Assembly: GCA_051382295.1 (NCBI GenBank)
Contig: JBBCAW010000116.1
Location: 1 to 14,748 of the forward strand
Source of the DNA: Bdellovibrionota bacterium FG-1
Lineage (GTDB): Bacteria; Bdellovibrionota; UBA1018
Length of the DNA stretch: 14,748 nucleotides
Reading direction: 5' to 3'
The translations under genes and the position numbers were made by a program. Below, one piece after another: positions 13,887 through 14,748 of the stretch. Numbering within the stretch: position 1 is the first letter of the stretch; every line of letters starts with the position of its first letter. The notes under the pieces are model-generated. The model did not search any database. It was not told the DNA's origin and saw only the letters and a list, made by a program, of their open reading frames with translations.

Positions 13887-13917
13887 ATCTTAACATAATA
13901 CTGACCGTTTTGGTCAA
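13887..13917 (-). promoter_or_regulatory. Candidate sigma70-type promoter for the cluster, overlapped by a TGACC-N5-GGTCA inverted repeat
   Basis: Minus strand: TTGACC (13917-13912), a 19-nt spacer, then TG-T-TAAGAT (extended -10, 13895-13887), 8 nt before the ATG at 13878. The inverted repeat is at 13902-13916. Confidence 0.4.
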
Positions 13918-14029
13918 GTAAAACTATATGACTAGCTGCGCTAAATTAAAGGGTTTTATCGCTAAGAGGCCCTGAATTCTATCGGCTTGAAATCTAACGG
14001 AATTAACAATTGTGGCTTGGAAAATCGAG

Positions 14030-14072
14030 AGACCATACTCCGGAAATATCCGCTAAATCCGGAGTATGGTCT
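14030..14072. repeat. Perfect 15-bp inverted repeat with 13-nt spacer
   Basis: AGACCATACTCCGGA (14030-14044) and TCCGGAGTATGGTCT (14058-14072) are exact reverse complements. Confidence 0.9.
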
Positions 14073-14177
14073 ATTTAATAAAGCAAGAACTCCTGCCGTG
14101 CCGCTGCCCACCGCGTTTCATCCGCGATCAGCCGAGAATAAAACTCCTCCGGCGTCGAACTCGCTGAATCCACCTAA

Positions 14178-14623
14178 TCACGCAGGAACGTCGGTCCCAC
14201 CGGTAGCAATTTGCAGTTCATCGAGGAACCACCGTGGCGCAGGGGCGCGCGGTATTTTAAGCGTGACCTGTGTGCCGTGCTCAAGCTCGGAGGTGATTGA
14301 GAGTGAGCCTCCACATTTTTCTACAGCCTCACGGGCGTTGGATAAACCAATCCCTGAGCCGCCCTTCTTGCCAAATGTTACGCCCCGCTGGCCAAGCTGT
14401 GGCAGCAGGTCGTGTGAAATTCCACACCCGGTATCAGCCACCGTGATTTGAACTTGCTCGCCCGAAGCGTGGCAGGTGACTGTGACTTGTCCTCGGCCAT
14501 CGGGGAGTGATTCCACCGCATTATTGAGCAGATTTGAAAGGGCGATGCGGAGATCAGTCGCTCTGACCGAAGCGAACACAGCGTAGTTTAGTGCATCCTG
14601 CTCTGCGATCACTTCAACGCCTA
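14178..14623 (-). pseudogene. Orphan HATPase_c domain of a sensor histidine kinase (N-terminally truncated)
   Basis: N box (LSNLLNNAVES), G1 box (VADTGCGI), F/G2 region (GVTFGKKGGSGIGLS) and GTQVTLKIP are present. There is no HisKA/H-box or sensor region: the frame is closed by TAG immediately upstream of 14654, and the upstream DNA reads as an unrelated protein. Confidence 0.7.
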
Positions 14624-14748
14624 GACACCTCCAAGCCGATGCATTCGCAGTCATCTAAACCAATCGCCGAGCCTTTCCGGGCCAGCGCCTCGAGAGTAAC
14701 GCGAAGTACGACGAGAGCCTTGCGGGTTCCGATGTCGATGGAGCAGTC
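14614..14748 (-). mobile_element. Truncated frame entering from the window edge, resembling a DDE/RNase H-like transposase-type protein
   Basis: Open from 14748: DCSIDIGTRKALVVLRVTLEALARKGSAIGLDDCECIGLEVSRR*. It recalls, from memory only, a transposase-like family with D.S.dIG..KaLVvL followed by DcecIgL. It stops abruptly where the kinase-like sequence begins. Confidence 0.35.

Noticed and set aside
14075..14173. Short minus-strand frame VDSASSTPEEFYSRLIADETRWAAARQEFLLY resembling the C-terminus of Bug/TctC solute-binding proteins
   Set aside because: Only about 32 aa with a weak TPEEF...RW resemblance; cannot be supported without a search.
414..14451. Numerous 60-180 aa plus-strand and alternate-frame ORFs in the supplied track
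   Set aside because: They lie antisense to or inside well-supported genes, lack recognisable motifs, and are expected shadow ORFs at this GC content.
1..14748. CRISPR array, tRNA or rRNA genes
   Set aside because: No regularly spaced direct repeats or recognisable structural RNA sequences; the intergenic space is limited to about 107 nt and 300 nt.

Overview
The window is dominated by a tightly packed minus-strand cluster of seven genes (13878->269). It encodes two giant paralogous surface lipoproteins (1360 and 1694 aa) built from ASH/choice-of-anchor-D Ig, FN3 and cadherin/He_PIG-like domains and ending in an FGE-sulfatase/C-type-lectin-fold tip; the second also carries an extra Ig-like domain and a LamG domain. 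These are followed by a TPR lipoprotein, a MotA/PomA-family and MotB-family stator pair, a 544-aa membrane protein, and a small outer-membrane beta-barrel. The 544-aa protein looks like a fusion of a FliF RBM3-like periplasmic domain, one TM helix and FliG-M/FliG-C-like cytoplasmic domains. No other flagellar genes are in the window, so the best candidate for an undescribed system is a non-flagellar ion-driven stator/rotor module genetically coupled to large lectin-tipped adhesins. Both flanks are gene fragments: a PP2C/SpoIIE C-terminus on the left, and on the right an orphan HATPase_c joined to what looks like a truncated transposase-like frame. The protein style (RSPAS motif, HK layout) suggests Bdellovibrionota/Oligoflexia, but this is inference. 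All family calls come from motifs recognised by eye; no searches were run.
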